In this document: positions 43,946-57,834 of the stretch, in pieces
Layout: each line of letters starts with the position of its first letter
Position numbering within the stretch: the stretch's first letter is position 1
Origin: the human T2T-CHM13v2.0 reference genome, Homo sapiens
Assembly: GCF_009914755.1 (NCBI RefSeq)
Contig: NC_060928.1
Direction: 5' to 3' (one strand)
Length of the DNA: 64,000 nt
Notes under the pieces: generated by a model
Database searches by the model: none
Seen by the model: only the letters and a program-made list of their open reading frames with translations
Told to the model about the DNA's origin: nothing
Made by a program: the position numbers and the translations under genes

Positions 43946-44161
43946 AAATAAACTAAGTATAAAAAAAGAAACTAACATTGGGTTATGGGCTGCTAAAGGC
44001 ACAAAGAAAGAAAAATGATACAAACTTTGCATTTAAGGAATTTAGTATATTTTAAACTAACAACATTTTGTGGTAGTGGATAAATATTCAAAGTCCCAGC
44101 TGCCCAAGGAAGCAATTTCTACCAGATAGTTCTGCTCACCTGCTAACCTTCACCTCATCAG

Positions 44162-44232
44162 GAGCTGCTGGAGAGAGTAGACTGCGTGGCTCCCCAGCAT
44201 GCGATTGAAACTGGTTACCCAGCACCTGTAAG
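44162..44232 (+). other. Candidate 71-nt exon (unverified, possibly non-coding)
   Basis: Branchpoint-like tgctaac plus cttcacctcatcag acceptor, and a strong donor AAG|GTGAGT. Confidence 0.3.
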
Positions 44233-45868
44233 GTGAGTCTAATGTGCCTGTGGTTCACATCCCAGTCACAGCAGACACCTGTGCCTCCCAGATTATCACT
44301 AACTTCATCCACGTGATGCTATGTAGAGCCTTCGGTCAGGTGCAAGCCCTTATTCTGTAATCCTTTAAACTTATTATTAATGGCCAGCAAACTCTCTGAT
44401 ATCCTCAACCATTTCTCAAACATTTAGTGAATCTGACGTCCCCTGACATTGCCACTCTGGTCATAGTAAGTTCTCTTATCCCAGCTGTTCAAGAAGCAGT
44501 TCCTTGACCAGATGCTCTTGGGACATCTCTCACCACTGGGTGAGCAGCCATTTCTAGTAAAGGCTGGTTATTCTCTAACATCCCAAGAAACACTGCAGGA
44601 AACATAGGTGACCTCTTTACTACCCTTTGCTCTTCCAAATGATATCTCCCGCATTTTTCTTCAAACCCCAAGATCCTTGGATGCTTGTGACACCAGATTT
44701 TACTGCCCACTGTCTTTCACGATTGCTGCTCTCCAAGAGTCCCCCTTTACTTCTCCAAATTAATTGATTATCTTAGCACCTGACCCATTGTATTTTTTGA
44801 CCCACTCTTATTGCCATTCTTGTGTAGGTGTTCTTCCTCACTTCTGTAGGTGATCCCACACCAATGTCTTCCTGGCTGTAGGAGCAACGTACATGATTGC
44901 AACCTGCTTCCATGGTTGCAATAATGGCACTGTCTCTGAAATATCAAGTGTAAGCACACTACCCCATGACTATCACCTACCATCATTCCAGATTTGCCTC
45001 TCCTATGATCCATCTTCCATCTCTAGCTACTTCTTTCTTTCATTGAAAATTCAATCTTTTGGCCATTTTCTAATTGCTAACCACCCACCTTGCCCTTATT
45101 TCCTTCCTTGCAGCTTAGATTCCATTGTCCATCATTAAGATTCCTCTTTATAAACACTTCCACCCTCCTGGATTTTTCCTCCCTCCTGTAAAAATTTAAA
45201 CTCTTGGTAAAGAAAATAATTGTTTATTCTTCTTGTAACTAAGTAGTGGATTATTGCTGGAAAACAACAATGGCACAGAACCATGCTATGTCTATGGTCT
45301 TATAGTCCATTAATAATTAAAATTCCAGATACTATTACTTCAATAAATTATATCATATTTCCCAAGTACATTTGATTTTCCAATCTCCAAAGAATTATTA
45401 TTTCATAGCTCCTTTTTCTTTTCAAATCTCCTATAGGCATTTCTCTCTTGTTCTTTCCTGATGACCTTACCTTTCTTATTTATACAAGTAATTGAAGAGG
45501 ACCTTTTTCATTTTGCCTTCAATATAGTCATTTTTTTTCTATTGTTATAGATGAAGAGACCCTGCTTCTAGCAAAAGCCAATGGTTTTATTTTTTCTGAA
45601 TCCCATCTTTTTTCTCCACTTTACCTTTGTATCTTCTTTTTATCTTTTTTTTTTTCATTTCTATTCAGTCATCTCCATGAGTATGTAAACATGATTTAGT
45701 ATGTTACATGTTTTAAAATATTTCTGTCCTGAACACACATTCCCCACCCATTACTAGTCTATATCTCTGCAAGATTTTACAGCAGAATTTCTGAAAAGCC
45801 TTGTCTCTCATAGCTGCTGCTATAACTTCAACTCAGAATATCTCCACAACTTCTACTTCTCACCATAA

Positions 45869-46080
45869 TCCCACTCACAGTCCTTATCAGTACAGAAACT
45901 ACCCTACTTGAAAAGATTTTACTTTACATTTCCTCTTAAAACATTTAGGTTGAAAGATGTTTTTATGTATACTCAGATTAACATGTATAATTTTATATAA
46001 ATAAATAAATAAATAAATAAGGTTGTATCAAAAGTGTTGTGTGGTTTTTTTTCCTGTGTATGGTTTTCTTGCTTCCTTTT
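45869..46080 (+). repeat. Diverged local copy of 47193-47538 (without the FLAM)
   Basis: tcccactcacagtcc...agaaactaccct...ttttactttacatttcctcttaaaa vs tcccactcacaatcc...agaaactaccct...ttttactttatatttcttcttaaaa. Confidence 0.75.
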
Positions 46081-46449
46081 ATGTCCTCCTTTTTATTCTA
46101 ACTAGTCAAATGAACTGCCCTTGCCATGGTGATCCCCCAGTGTCAGAACTTTGTTAAATCAATGTTTCTTCTTTATTTTTCATTTTGATCTCTCATCAAT
46201 TTTTGATATACTTGAGAACTCCATCTTCATTTAAGCACTTTTTTCTCTTGGATTGTGTGGCACTTCTTTATCCTAGTTTTACTTCTAATTTACTTGCCTT
46301 TTCTTGGCTTCTTTTGATGGAACTGTATGTGTTGGCTTCCCTGTTCTCTCTCCTGGGCATCTTCTCTTTCTATGTACTCTCGTTAGGTTATCTCAACAAT
46401 CCCTGTGCTTTTAAATAGTATCTGTAGGCTAAATCTCTACCCCTGCTTC

Positions 46450-46559
46450 TACCTCTGCATGTTTCTTCTAAAACCCAAGATCACTGGATGCTTGTGACCC
46501 CAGATTTTACTATCCACTTCCTTTCACCATTGCTGCTCTCAAGGGTACCATTTACCTCT
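46450..46559 (+). repeat. Local copy of 44643-44754
   Basis: cccaagatc..tggatgcttgtgac.ccagattttact..ccact..ctttcac.attgctgctctc shared; about 80-85% identity. Confidence 0.85.
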
Positions 46560-47337
46560 ACTTATAACTTCCTATAGCTTCACACTTCTTCTTTATTTCC
46601 ACTTAAATTTCTAATAATAATTTTGTACTTACCATGATCAAAGTAGAAAACCTAATTTTTTCTCCAAAATCTGCCTATTCTTCATACTTCATCATCTGAC
46701 TGAATGACTTCAGCAGTTCCAGGCTTTTCAAGGCAAAAATCTAGGAGTTATATTTGATTTGTCTCCTTTTAAATCCAATATATTAACAAGTCTTGTCAAA
46801 TTTACTTCAAAACATATCCCAATCCCATGCAATCCTCACGACCTCTACTAGCAGCACTCATTTTCTCACCATTGTTATCTCTCATGTGACTCCTAAAACA
46901 GTCTCCTAACCCATGTCTCATATTTTCTCATGTCTCTTACATTCTGTTCCCCAAACAGTACACAAAGTGATATTTTAGAACTTCAAATGTAAATTTAACA
47001 TTCTCCTATTGAAGTCATCCCATGAATCCGCATTTAGCCCTAATTCACAAATTCTTCAGTGAGCTGAGTCCTGCCTCCTTCACCTTAGTCCATAACATTA
47101 TTCTACGAAACCCCCAGTTAGAACTAAGTTGTTCTTCTCTGATGTATCTGGCATTCCAAACTCATTCATTCTCTAGCCCCTCTATATTACAGTCCCACTC
47201 ACAATCCTATTCCATATAGAAACTACCCTGGTTTGAAATATTTTACTTTATATTTCTTCTTAAAATCGGGGTTTAAAGTTTTTTCCTTATGCATGCATGC
47301 ATATATATACATAGGGATAGTTTTACATAAATAAATA

Positions 47338-47482
47338 GGCAGGGTACAGTGGAGCATGCCTATAGTCACAGATATTCAGGAGGCTAAGAAAGGAAAACTG
47401 ATTTATCTCAAGAATTTGAGGCCAGCCTGGGCAACACAGCAAGACACCATCTCTAAAATGTTTTTAATTAAAAATAAATAAA
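47338..47482 (+). mobile_element. FLAM (free left Alu monomer)
   Basis: Single monomer ending gaggccagcctgggcaacacagcaagacaccatctct; ataaataaata on both sides. Confidence 0.85.
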
Positions 47483-47597
47483 TAAGATTATATAATGTGC
47501 TGTGCTTTTTCTATATGCTTTGCTTTCTTGCATTCTTTCTCTTTCTTCTTTCTCTCTGTTGACCTTCTCTACCTCCCTAACAGAAGGCTTGGGCAAT

Positions 47598-48466
47598 ATG
47601 GTCAACTGATTTTAAAAAGTGACTCAAATTCTTCACTTCTTTCTGTATCCATCCTTTTTGCAATGTGTCTTTGCAGCCTTGCTCATCATCACATGGAGAT
47701 GATTCCCCTTGCTTTGAATCTTGGCTGGCCTTGTGATTTACTTTGACTAGAGGAATATGGCAGAAGTAATGGTGTACACATTCCATACTTAGCTCTCAAG
47801 AGGCCTGTGTACTTCTCTTTGACCTCTTAGGCTCAACTGACTATGTGAAAAGCCTGAGTAAGCCTATTAGAGGATGAGGTACCATGTAGAAGAGAATCAC
47901 CCTAGACCAGCCATCCTGTACCATCTAATCCCAGTTGACCCACCTACTGACCTCAGCTGCATAATGAGCTGAACTGAGATCAGCCTAGCCCAGGACAGAC
48001 CTAAAAAAACTGGTCTGTGGATTCATGAGCAATAATACATTTTTATTTATTTATTTATTTATTTTTATTTTACTTAAAGTTCTGGGATACATGTGCAGAA
48101 TATCCAGGTTTGTAGGACACGGATGAAGCTAGAAACCATCATTCTCAGCAAACTAACATAGGAACAGAAAACCAAACACCACGTGTTCTCACTCAAAAGT
48201 GGAAGTTGAACAATAAAAGCACGTGGACACAAGGAGGGGAATATCACACACTGGGGCCTGTCAGGGGGTGGGGGTCAAGGAGAGAGAGAGCATTAGGACA
48301 AATATCTAGCCCATGCGGGGCTTAAAACCTAGATGATGGGTTGATGGGTGCAGCAAACCACCATCGCACATGTATACTTATATAATAATACATTTTTATT
48401 GCTTTAAGCTATTTGGTTTTCGGTCTTTTATAATACAGCATTATTGTGACAATAAAATACTGGTTC
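47598..48466 (+). mobile_element. MLT1 (F/G/H-like) LTR interrupted by an inverted L1
   Basis: ttgaatcttggctggccttgtgatttactttgac...gcagaagt; resumes tattgctttaagcta...cagcattattgtgacaata. Confidence 0.8.
48048..48383 (-). mobile_element. Short 5'-inverted (twin-primed) L1PA8-like insertion
   Basis: Minus-strand 3' tip 48048-48113 joined to plus-strand 3'UTR 48114-48383; exact 17-bp TSD aataatacatttttatt. Confidence 0.92.
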
Positions 48467-49043
48467 AATCAGAGAAAGGAAAAGCATTCTAGCTATTTCA
48501 TTAGGAGAAACTTTATCACACGGAGTTAGACGTTTCCAAAACTACTGGAGGGTGTTGGGTAGAACCATAACCAGCTTTAGGAAATCAGCAAGCGCAGGAG
48601 TAAGAGAAACCACTCACTTATCAACATTCTCAGCCGCTTGCCCACCAAAGGAAATGGTTTTCAGGAGCTTTCCAAGAAGCAAGGCAAAATTCACAGTGCA
48701 GTCTGTCCACATGATGCTCTCCAAGGTTAATAATGGCTTCTTCCTTTTTATCTTCTGGATAGGGTACAAATGCCTCTCATTTGCAGAGCCTAAACTGAAA
48801 CACTGCTGACAGGGTTGCAGATAGTTGAGATTAGTCACAGCTAATTTTTTGTTCAATCCTTCTTCATCTCTATCATTTTTATCTTAATTTATGTAAATAA
48901 TTTATAAATTCTTCTGTATTGTCTCCATGTTCATGTAATTATAAAAGGACAAATATATTCTCGCACATCTAAACACAGATATATATGCATGAACCTATAA
49001 ATATATAGGGCAATGTTGTCACTATTTTATACAAATCGAACTA

Positions 49044-49442
49044 TAGCCAAGGCCTTGGGAGCCCACACCTTGCATCAGTGAGGCCTGGATGTGAGACATG
49101 GAGTTCAAGAAAATTATTTTGGAGCTCAAAGATTTAATGATTGCCCTGCTGAGTTTCAGACATGTATTGGTCATGTAACCCCCTTTTTTTTGGCTGATTT
49201 CTCCTCTTGGAATGAGTGTATTTACCCAATGCCTGCACTTTCATTGTATCTTGGAAGTAACTAACCTGCTTTTGATTCTATAGGCTCATAGATGGAAGGA
49301 CCTTGCCTTGTCTCAGATGAGACTTTGAACTGTGGACTTTTGAGTTACTGCTGAAATGAGTTAAAATTTAGGAACTGTAGAGAAGGAAGAATTGTATTTT
49401 GCCATATAAGAACATAAGATTTTGGAGGGTCAAGGGGAGGAA
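49044..49442 (+). mobile_element. MST/THE1 internal sequence, 3' part with polypurine tract
   Basis: ccaaggccttgggagcccac...gtatcttggaagtaactaac...ccttgtctcagatgagacttt...ggggaggaa directly before the LTR. Confidence 0.88.
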
Positions 49443-49822
49443 TGATATGGTTTGGATTTGTGTCCCCGTCCAAATCTCATGTCTAATTGCAATCCCCGGT
49501 GTTGGAGGAAGGTCTGAATGGGAGGTGATTGGATCATGGGGGCAGATTTTCCCCTTGCTGTTCTTGTGATAGTGGTTGAGTTCTCATGAGAACTGGTTGT
49601 TTAAAGGTGTGTAGTACCTCTTCTTTCTCTCTCTTTCTCCTCCCCTAGCCGTGTAGGAAGTGGTCCTTCCCCTTTGCCTTCCACCATGATTGTAAGTTTC
49701 CTGAGCCTCTCCATCCATGCCTTCTGTACAGCCTGCAGAACCATGAGCCAATTAAACCTCTTTTCTTAATGTTACCCAGTCTCAAGTAGGACTTTACAGC
49801 AATGTGAAAACAGATTAATACA
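49443..49822 (+). mobile_element. MSTA LTR (3' LTR)
   Basis: tgatatggtttggatttgtgtcccc...gattaataca. Confidence 0.9.
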
Positions 49823-50046
49823 AATTATAATACACATATTACACTACGTCTTGCTTCTCACTTAAAAAATCTTGTGAAATGTCTTCTAGTAAACTAATAT
49901 AACCCTAATTTACTTCTTTTGTTGGAGTACTGTATTTATTGGTGTAACTAGCTAAGTCAAATTTTCAACTTTTCATGAACTGTTAATACTTTTCCATTTT
50001 TCCCATTATAAAGAGTCTGCAATAGACATATTTTCACACATTGTTA

Positions 50047-50384
<338 letters not shown>

Positions 50385-51646
50385 GAATAGATGAAGATGG
50401 AATTGTTTCATTGAAAGTTATATGTATATTTTAGTAAATGTTTCCAGATTGCCTTTCCAAAAGAGCATTATAATCCACATCCATTGATTATATGTGAATA
50501 TAGGTTATTTGTATTCTTGAAAAAAATAGATATTATCAATAATGTCTGGCATATATACACAATTTCATAATAATAAATGGAAAATACTATCTCATATGCT
50601 TTAATCTGCATTTACCCACCCACAAAGGAGTTGCGTATGTTTGCTGGTCATTTGAATTTGATATTGATTTTTATATATACATATATGTTCAACATGGTGT
50701 TAAAATTCATTAACACAGTGTTTAGGAATGCAATGCAAGCCCTGAGCTATACTGCTTGTGTTTAAATGCTGTGAGCTTTTTTTTTTTTTTTGAGCTATGT
50801 TAGTCAGATTTTTCTATTAAGTTGCTGAATTCATAAAATTACCTAGGGATGCATCCCTGATTTTTATTATCAGAGATGTTTAGGAAAAACGAATTCAACC
50901 GAAGTCTTTCTACCAGTTACCAATGATAAAGACAGAAGCAGAGAGAAAATACTAATCACCCTTGTTCTCTTTCATCTTTATTCATTTCAGTTTTGAGGTC
51001 TCTCTTCTGAATAATTTGTTGTTTGATTATAGTCCTTGCTTTAGTAATTTCTTCCGTGGTATTAGTAGGTGATAGGCTCTGAATATTTTAGTAGCTGCAA
51101 GTATCATTTCCTTTCCCCTATTGGGGTGATGGAATATGGTTAGTGAGACATTACTTTTCCATAAATATTTGTAGATATTATTTTACTATCTTCTATTTTC
51201 TACTCTTTCCTTTACATTGTCCAATTACCAAACTGGTTTCTTGATTTTTTTTATATAGCTAAATTGCCCTTTGTTTCTGGAAGTGGGGGTGTCTTTGTTT
51301 CTGGAGTCTACATTTCCAACTATCTCTCTGTCTATTCATCTACCTTTTCATCTTTATCCCTGAAGTGCATAAATTTTATCAGGAAATGCCTAGGTATGTA
51401 TCATCTTTTATCAAACTATTCATTCTACAGATTCGAGTCTTTCTCCAACTCAAAAGAAAAATGTCCTCATGTCATGTGTTTGATTATTTTCTATATGTTT
51501 ATTTGATGTTACGTAGAAATCTTATTTGCATTGTAGGTCCTTTATATCTCTTATTATTTCCCGTATGACGTCTATCTCTTTGGGTTTTGGAGGTACATTA
51601 AAAATTAAAGCAGTGCTAAATCACAATTATAAAAATAAAGTATAAT

Positions 51647-51971
<325 letters not shown>

Positions 51972-53357
51972 TTACATAGAATTGTACTATTTACATGATA
52001 AATCCAAGATTAATTAAAAATATAATATTTAAAGCCAGTGACATGAAATTTGCACTAGAATTGGAATACTGGGAAAATGTAAATGTATGATTAATGTCTT
52101 CAATCTTGTCAGTGTATTTCTGTGACAATAAAAAACTCATTTACAGATTATTGTCAAGTCTAAAATTGAGGTCAGCTCATAGACAAATGATGGTTTAATC
52201 AACCCTTCAACCCCATTTTGTGTTAAGTTTTAAGATGAACAAAGTACTGTGGGTGACTGGTTTGAAAAAAGTCTTTACAAACAAAGGGTTATATACCTGG
52301 GCATTGACATTTGAATAGGAGTTTGTTGGGATGTCCTCTCCATGTTTGGCTTACTGCTGCTTGCTCTGATCCACAGCCACCACACCCATGGCTTACTGCT
52401 TTGTGTTAATAAATACCTAACAGTTTACTACATATTTTCATGTAGGATGATGGCATGATTCGAGAAGTAGTTCAGATCTATTATCTATTCACTACAGCTT
52501 TCAGGCTATGAATTATTGCCATCATTGAGCCTGGTGTTGCCCCATGTACAGAGAGACTTTGGCAGGGATAGGAGGGATTTATGAGAAGAATAGTTGCAAT
52601 AAGGAGTGTTTTTGAGCCACTGCTGCTGTCCCCTCTCCTCACCATTTCCACCTTTCCTGCCACTCTACAATGAGTTTTTAAAATGTATTTTTTTATTTTA
52701 ATGGAATATATTAACTGATTTTATGACAGTCAAAACATTGTTAATAAATGAGAATATTGTAATGTAATGAATATATACATATATGCTATCTCATTTCAAA
52801 AGTGGCATTGAGTTACAAAAATATAAATTATATGGCAAAAGAAAAAAAAACCTTATAATTAAACAGTAAAATGAAGCAAAAGAGAGCTTATGAACAGAAA
52901 CACATGCCCAAAGGTTTTTATTCATTCATAAAAATAAAATGCAGACTGAAATTGTATCTTAGAGCTTACCAGCATACAAAGCAAAAGGGCAATAGCTGCG
53001 TATTGTAATACTTTTTCTCTTTCTTGCTCCCATTGCTAATCAATTATCAAGTCCTGCCAATTTTACTTCTTGTAATGAATCCATACACATCTCTTCAGCT
53101 TCTTCACAACTGTCTGAGCACCAGCCAGTGATGTCTCTTGCTCAGCTTGTGACAACAGCCTCATCTGTATTTACAATGTAACACTCTGATCTAGCCACAA
53201 CCTATTTACTTTCACTTAGTAAGCAGCAAGGCTTATTTAAGGATGCAAATCTAATCCTGTCTTTCCCTTGATTAAAATCCGCTAGTACCTTCTTTTTGAA
53301 TAGGGAATAAAAGCTTCCAGGGCTTTCGAAGTTCTGGTCCCACCTCTTTCCCAAACG

Positions 53358-53990
<633 letters not shown>

Positions 53991-55423
53991 ATTTCCCAAG
54001 TGTCTTAATCACCTCCTACCATCTCTCTAGCCTCCAGTCTTGTCTGTTAATACCTCAGCAGGGCCAAATTCTCTCTTCATAGAGGTATTTTCTGTGCTTA
54101 GAGTGTTTTTTCTCCATCCGCCTTCCAAATCCCAAAACTCCCTGCTCATCATGCCAATTTTGTCTCTAGCCAAAGGCCATGAGGGGGGCCCCTGGGGGAA
54201 GGTTAGTTTTTCCAGGTTGTGCTCCCATAGCAGCATGCCTTCTCCCAGTGCATATCTTTCCAATAGATTCTAAACTCCATTCATGCAGAGACCATACGGA
54301 GTTTTCTTCACCACTGTAACCTCCATATCTATCACATTACCTGACGTTTAGTAGGAGCTCAAACTCATGTTTGTTAAATGCATGAATGAATAAATGAATG
54401 AATGAATAAATGAACACCTACATGTCTTATTTCAAGAGTCATAAACTGTAAAGTGATTGGAGTGTAAATCTTTTGCTAAAGAAACACTTTGAAGAATTAG
54501 AAACTCAAGATCTAAAGAGGGGAGATTGCAGTCTTCTCCTTCTGGCATTCCCTTCATTTTTCTTCCTTTGGTGGTCCACTTGGACTGCAGCCATGAGTCT
54601 CTGGTGCCCATTTGTCTCACATTATGAACTGATGTGCTCCATAAACCACCCATAATATGCTGGAATATGGCTCCTGGGCTTTCACGTTCACCGTGAGAAC
54701 CTCCTGCTCTGCTTACATAGCATCTTTATTATTTACTCAGAGTTATGGAGCCCCAGGTCAGGATAAGTCAGAGATTCTCTCTTCAGAGTCAGATATTTGA
54801 CTCTGTTGCTACTTAAACACGCCATTTCTACTTGAGGTATCAGAGACTTTTACCACTATATGTCTTATCTGCAACCACCGGGAGAGTACTTCCCATAAAT
54901 CAATACAGCAAATATTTATAGAGTGCCTCATACAGACTCAGACTTCAGTGGGTCTATAGAGACTGTCTAGTCAAGCTTTCTTATTTTACAGAGATGACAA
55001 CAGAGCCCTGGTGGAAAACTGGGAGTTCTGCTCTCTGGTCCATTAAATAATTCTCTATGCATGCAAGAAATATAAAAATAATTAAGGTGCTCTCCATGTC
55101 TCAGATAGCTTACATATTGGCAAGAGAGGGGGCCAAACAAGTAAATTGGCAGCATTAACATATATTGACTGCCTAACAGTGATTGGCATGTAGTAGGGAG
55201 ATAATAATGCTCTCTTAAATAAATGGACAATTACATGAATGAATTAGCTGACAAATCAATCAAAAAGTCATATAGTATGATACTTCCGAGAGCTCTTTAT
55301 ATATACGGGACTGTTTATTATTAACTGCCGCCCTCTACATATTAAGTTAATGAGAAGGAACAGTTATTATAATGTGCTTACTATTGGATCTTCCATGCCT
55401 CACACGGTACACAGAACGTAGAA

Positions 55424-56075
55424 CAGTTCATGTTCATTATTTGTTGATTTCGTGTTTGAGGATTCACCTACTGACTAAAATTAATTTGTGATCCCAAAAT
55501 CAATACTTATGGTGCCTTCACAGTCAGTCTCAGACCTGCACAGGGATAAAATTTGAGTCTCCTGACACACAGTCTCGGTTTCTCAGCCAAGGTCAACAGA
55601 AGGTGACACTCTGCCTTCTTCTTTCAGCTCTCATACTATAGACAAGTGTTTTTCTCATCATCTACCTAGTGTCTGTGTTATGCAATTATGTGTGTTTTGT
55701 TGGTGATTTCTTTATATAAATAATTCCAAAGCGAGGTGCTGTCTAGTGTTCCTAAGTGCAAGAAGGCTGTAATGTGCCTTATGGAGAAAACATCATGCAA
55801 TAGATATATTTGATCAGGCATGAGTTACAGTGCTGTTGGCTGGGAGTTCAGTGTTAATGCAACAACAATACACAATTAGTAAAGTGTCTTTAAAGAAAAT
55901 GCTCAGAAAACAAAGACTATGTATTGGTTGGTTGGTGAAAATCTTGTGACCAGAGGTTGGTGAAAATCTCATGACAGAGAAACCTAGCTCTGTATTTCCC
56001 CTAAAAGCGATGTTTCCGCATTCGTGAATTCAGTGTTTGTGAATGTAACTACTGTTGATATTGAGAACTGGCTCT
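55424..56075. mobile_element. MER82 (TcMar-Tigger)
   Basis: ttcagctctcatact, gtgctgtctagtgttcctaagtgcaagaaggctgtaatgtgccttatggagaaaa, tgtatttcccctaaaagc. Confidence 0.85.
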
Positions 56076-56210
56076 CTGTGCTTAGTAAGTACAAAAGAAA
56101 GGAAGGAAAGAAGGAAGTCTACCAGTGGCAGATGAACAGAACTTTGTGAGAAGACAGAAGACTTAAAATGTCATACACAATACCCATGACCTACAACTAC
56201 CTGATAATTA

Positions 56211-56534
56211 CGGTCTTCCTTCAGTATCCTCCAAGGATTGTTTCCAGGGGAATCACTGATAATAAAACCCTTGGGTGCTGAAGTATCTTATATAAAATCA
56301 TGTAGTCTTTGCATATAATCAACACACATCCTTCTCTGTACTTTATGTCATCTCTAGGTTAATTATAAAACCTAATACAATGTAAAAATGCTATGTAAAT
56401 AGTTGCCATACTGTATTCGTTTTTTATTTGTATTACTTTTTGTTGTTTTATTGTTTTCTTTCTTCTCCATATACCTTTGATCCGCTGTTGGTTAAATCTG
56501 CGAATCTGGACCCCGGGATATTGAGGGCTGACTG
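56211..56534. mobile_element. MER2 (TcMar-Tigger)
   Basis: ta-cggtcttccttcagtatcc...gatattgagggctgactg-ta; internal acctaatacaatgtaaa. Confidence 0.85.
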
Positions 56535-56797
56535 TATTGCGCAGGGACAGCACCTAGGAAGGCATACTATCATGAGATGGTGGTAGCACTCTCCAGGAGT
56601 TCGTGCTTACAGCAGAGTCCACACAAGTCATTAGGCAAACCACCTGCTACCCAAGTTCAAAGCTATGCTTTCCAGATTTGAGCTGTGTGATTTTAGGGAA
56701 GTTTAAATAAAATAATAAACATAAAACATCCAGGGCCTGACATAAATTCAGCATGTAATAAATATTAGCTACTTTTTATCTTGTTTAATTTCAACTG

Positions 56798-57021
56798 ATT
56801 TTTTTTTTTTTAAGACAGAATCTCATTCTGTCACCCAGGCTGGAGTGCAGTGGGACAATCAGAGCTCACTGCAATGTCAGTCTCCTGGGATCAAGAAATT
56901 TGTAGAGACAGGGTCTCGCTGTGTTACCCAGGCTGGTCTCAAACTCCTGGGCTTAAGCCATCCTCCCTCCTTACCCTCTGCAAGTGCTGGCATTATAGGA
57001 ATGAATCACCCTGACTGTCCC
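56798..57021 (-). mobile_element. AluJ with a large internal deletion
   Basis: Right arm jumps to tttgtagagacagggtctcgc; TSD aactgattttttt / aattgattttttt. Confidence 0.85.
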
Positions 57022-57499
57022 TAAATTGATTTTTTTTAAATCAGTGGTTTTATATTGTAGCTAAAAATTTTTGCTGAGGTACATTTCCCAACTTAAAAAC
57101 CTAATTCTGCATCCAAATCCACTTTCTGTTTGCATATGCCATGAGGTTTTTTCTAATGGTCAGCACTCTTGATGTTAACCCAGCTTCTTATTTGCCATTT
57201 TGAAAATTGGGTCCCCTAAGGCTTCGGAACTACAAATAGTTTGATTTTCAGCCCACACAGATCTTGGCAGCATAGCATCCCTCTTGATTGCTCTGTCCTT
57301 GGAAGATAAACACAATTTTAGTGACTGTTTGCCATTTATTGATGTCAAATAGTTTGGCAACAAGGCAGTGATTCCAGAATTTTCTGCCACTTGATTTGAA
57401 CCAAGAAATAACAGCTCCCTCCCTTTATTATTATTATTATTGTATTAATTTTTTAAAGGAGTGAAAAATCAAAGGAGAGAAGCTTTGATTTTTTTAATT

Positions 57500-57834
57500 T
57501 AATTTTTATATTATTATTATTATTTTGAGATAGAATCTCACACTGTCACCTGGACTGGAGTGCAATGGCGGGATCTCAACTGACTGCCACGGTGGGATCT
57601 CAGCTCACTGCAACCCCTGCCTCCCAGGTTCAAGCGATTCTCCCTCCTCAGCCTCCTGAGTAGCTGGGATTACAGGTACCCACCACCATGCCTGGCTAAT
57701 TTTTGCATTTTTAATAGAGAGAGACAGGGTTTCACTATGTTGGCCAGGCTGGTCTCAAACTCCTGACCTTGTGATCTGCCTGCCTCAGTCTCCCAAAGTG
57801 CTGGGATTATAGGCATGAGCCACCGCTCCCAGGC
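57500..57834 (-). mobile_element. AluS with an internal 24-bp tandem duplication
   Basis: ggcgggatctcaactgactgccac / ggtgggatctcagctcactgcaac at 57567-57614. Confidence 0.9.

Larger units (their letters stand above)
44480..47120 (+). mobile_element. Long degenerate L2 LINE carrying two internal templated insertions
   Basis: L2 motifs cagcttagattccattgtccatcatta, tttgatctctcatcaattttt, ggcaaaaatctaggagttatatttgat. Confidence 0.65.

Noticed and set aside
50772-50796. Orphan polyA retro-insertion (tgagct-T run-tgagct)
   Set aside because: A 6-bp repeat is too short and the site does not fit the TT/AAAA endonuclease consensus; slippage is as likely.
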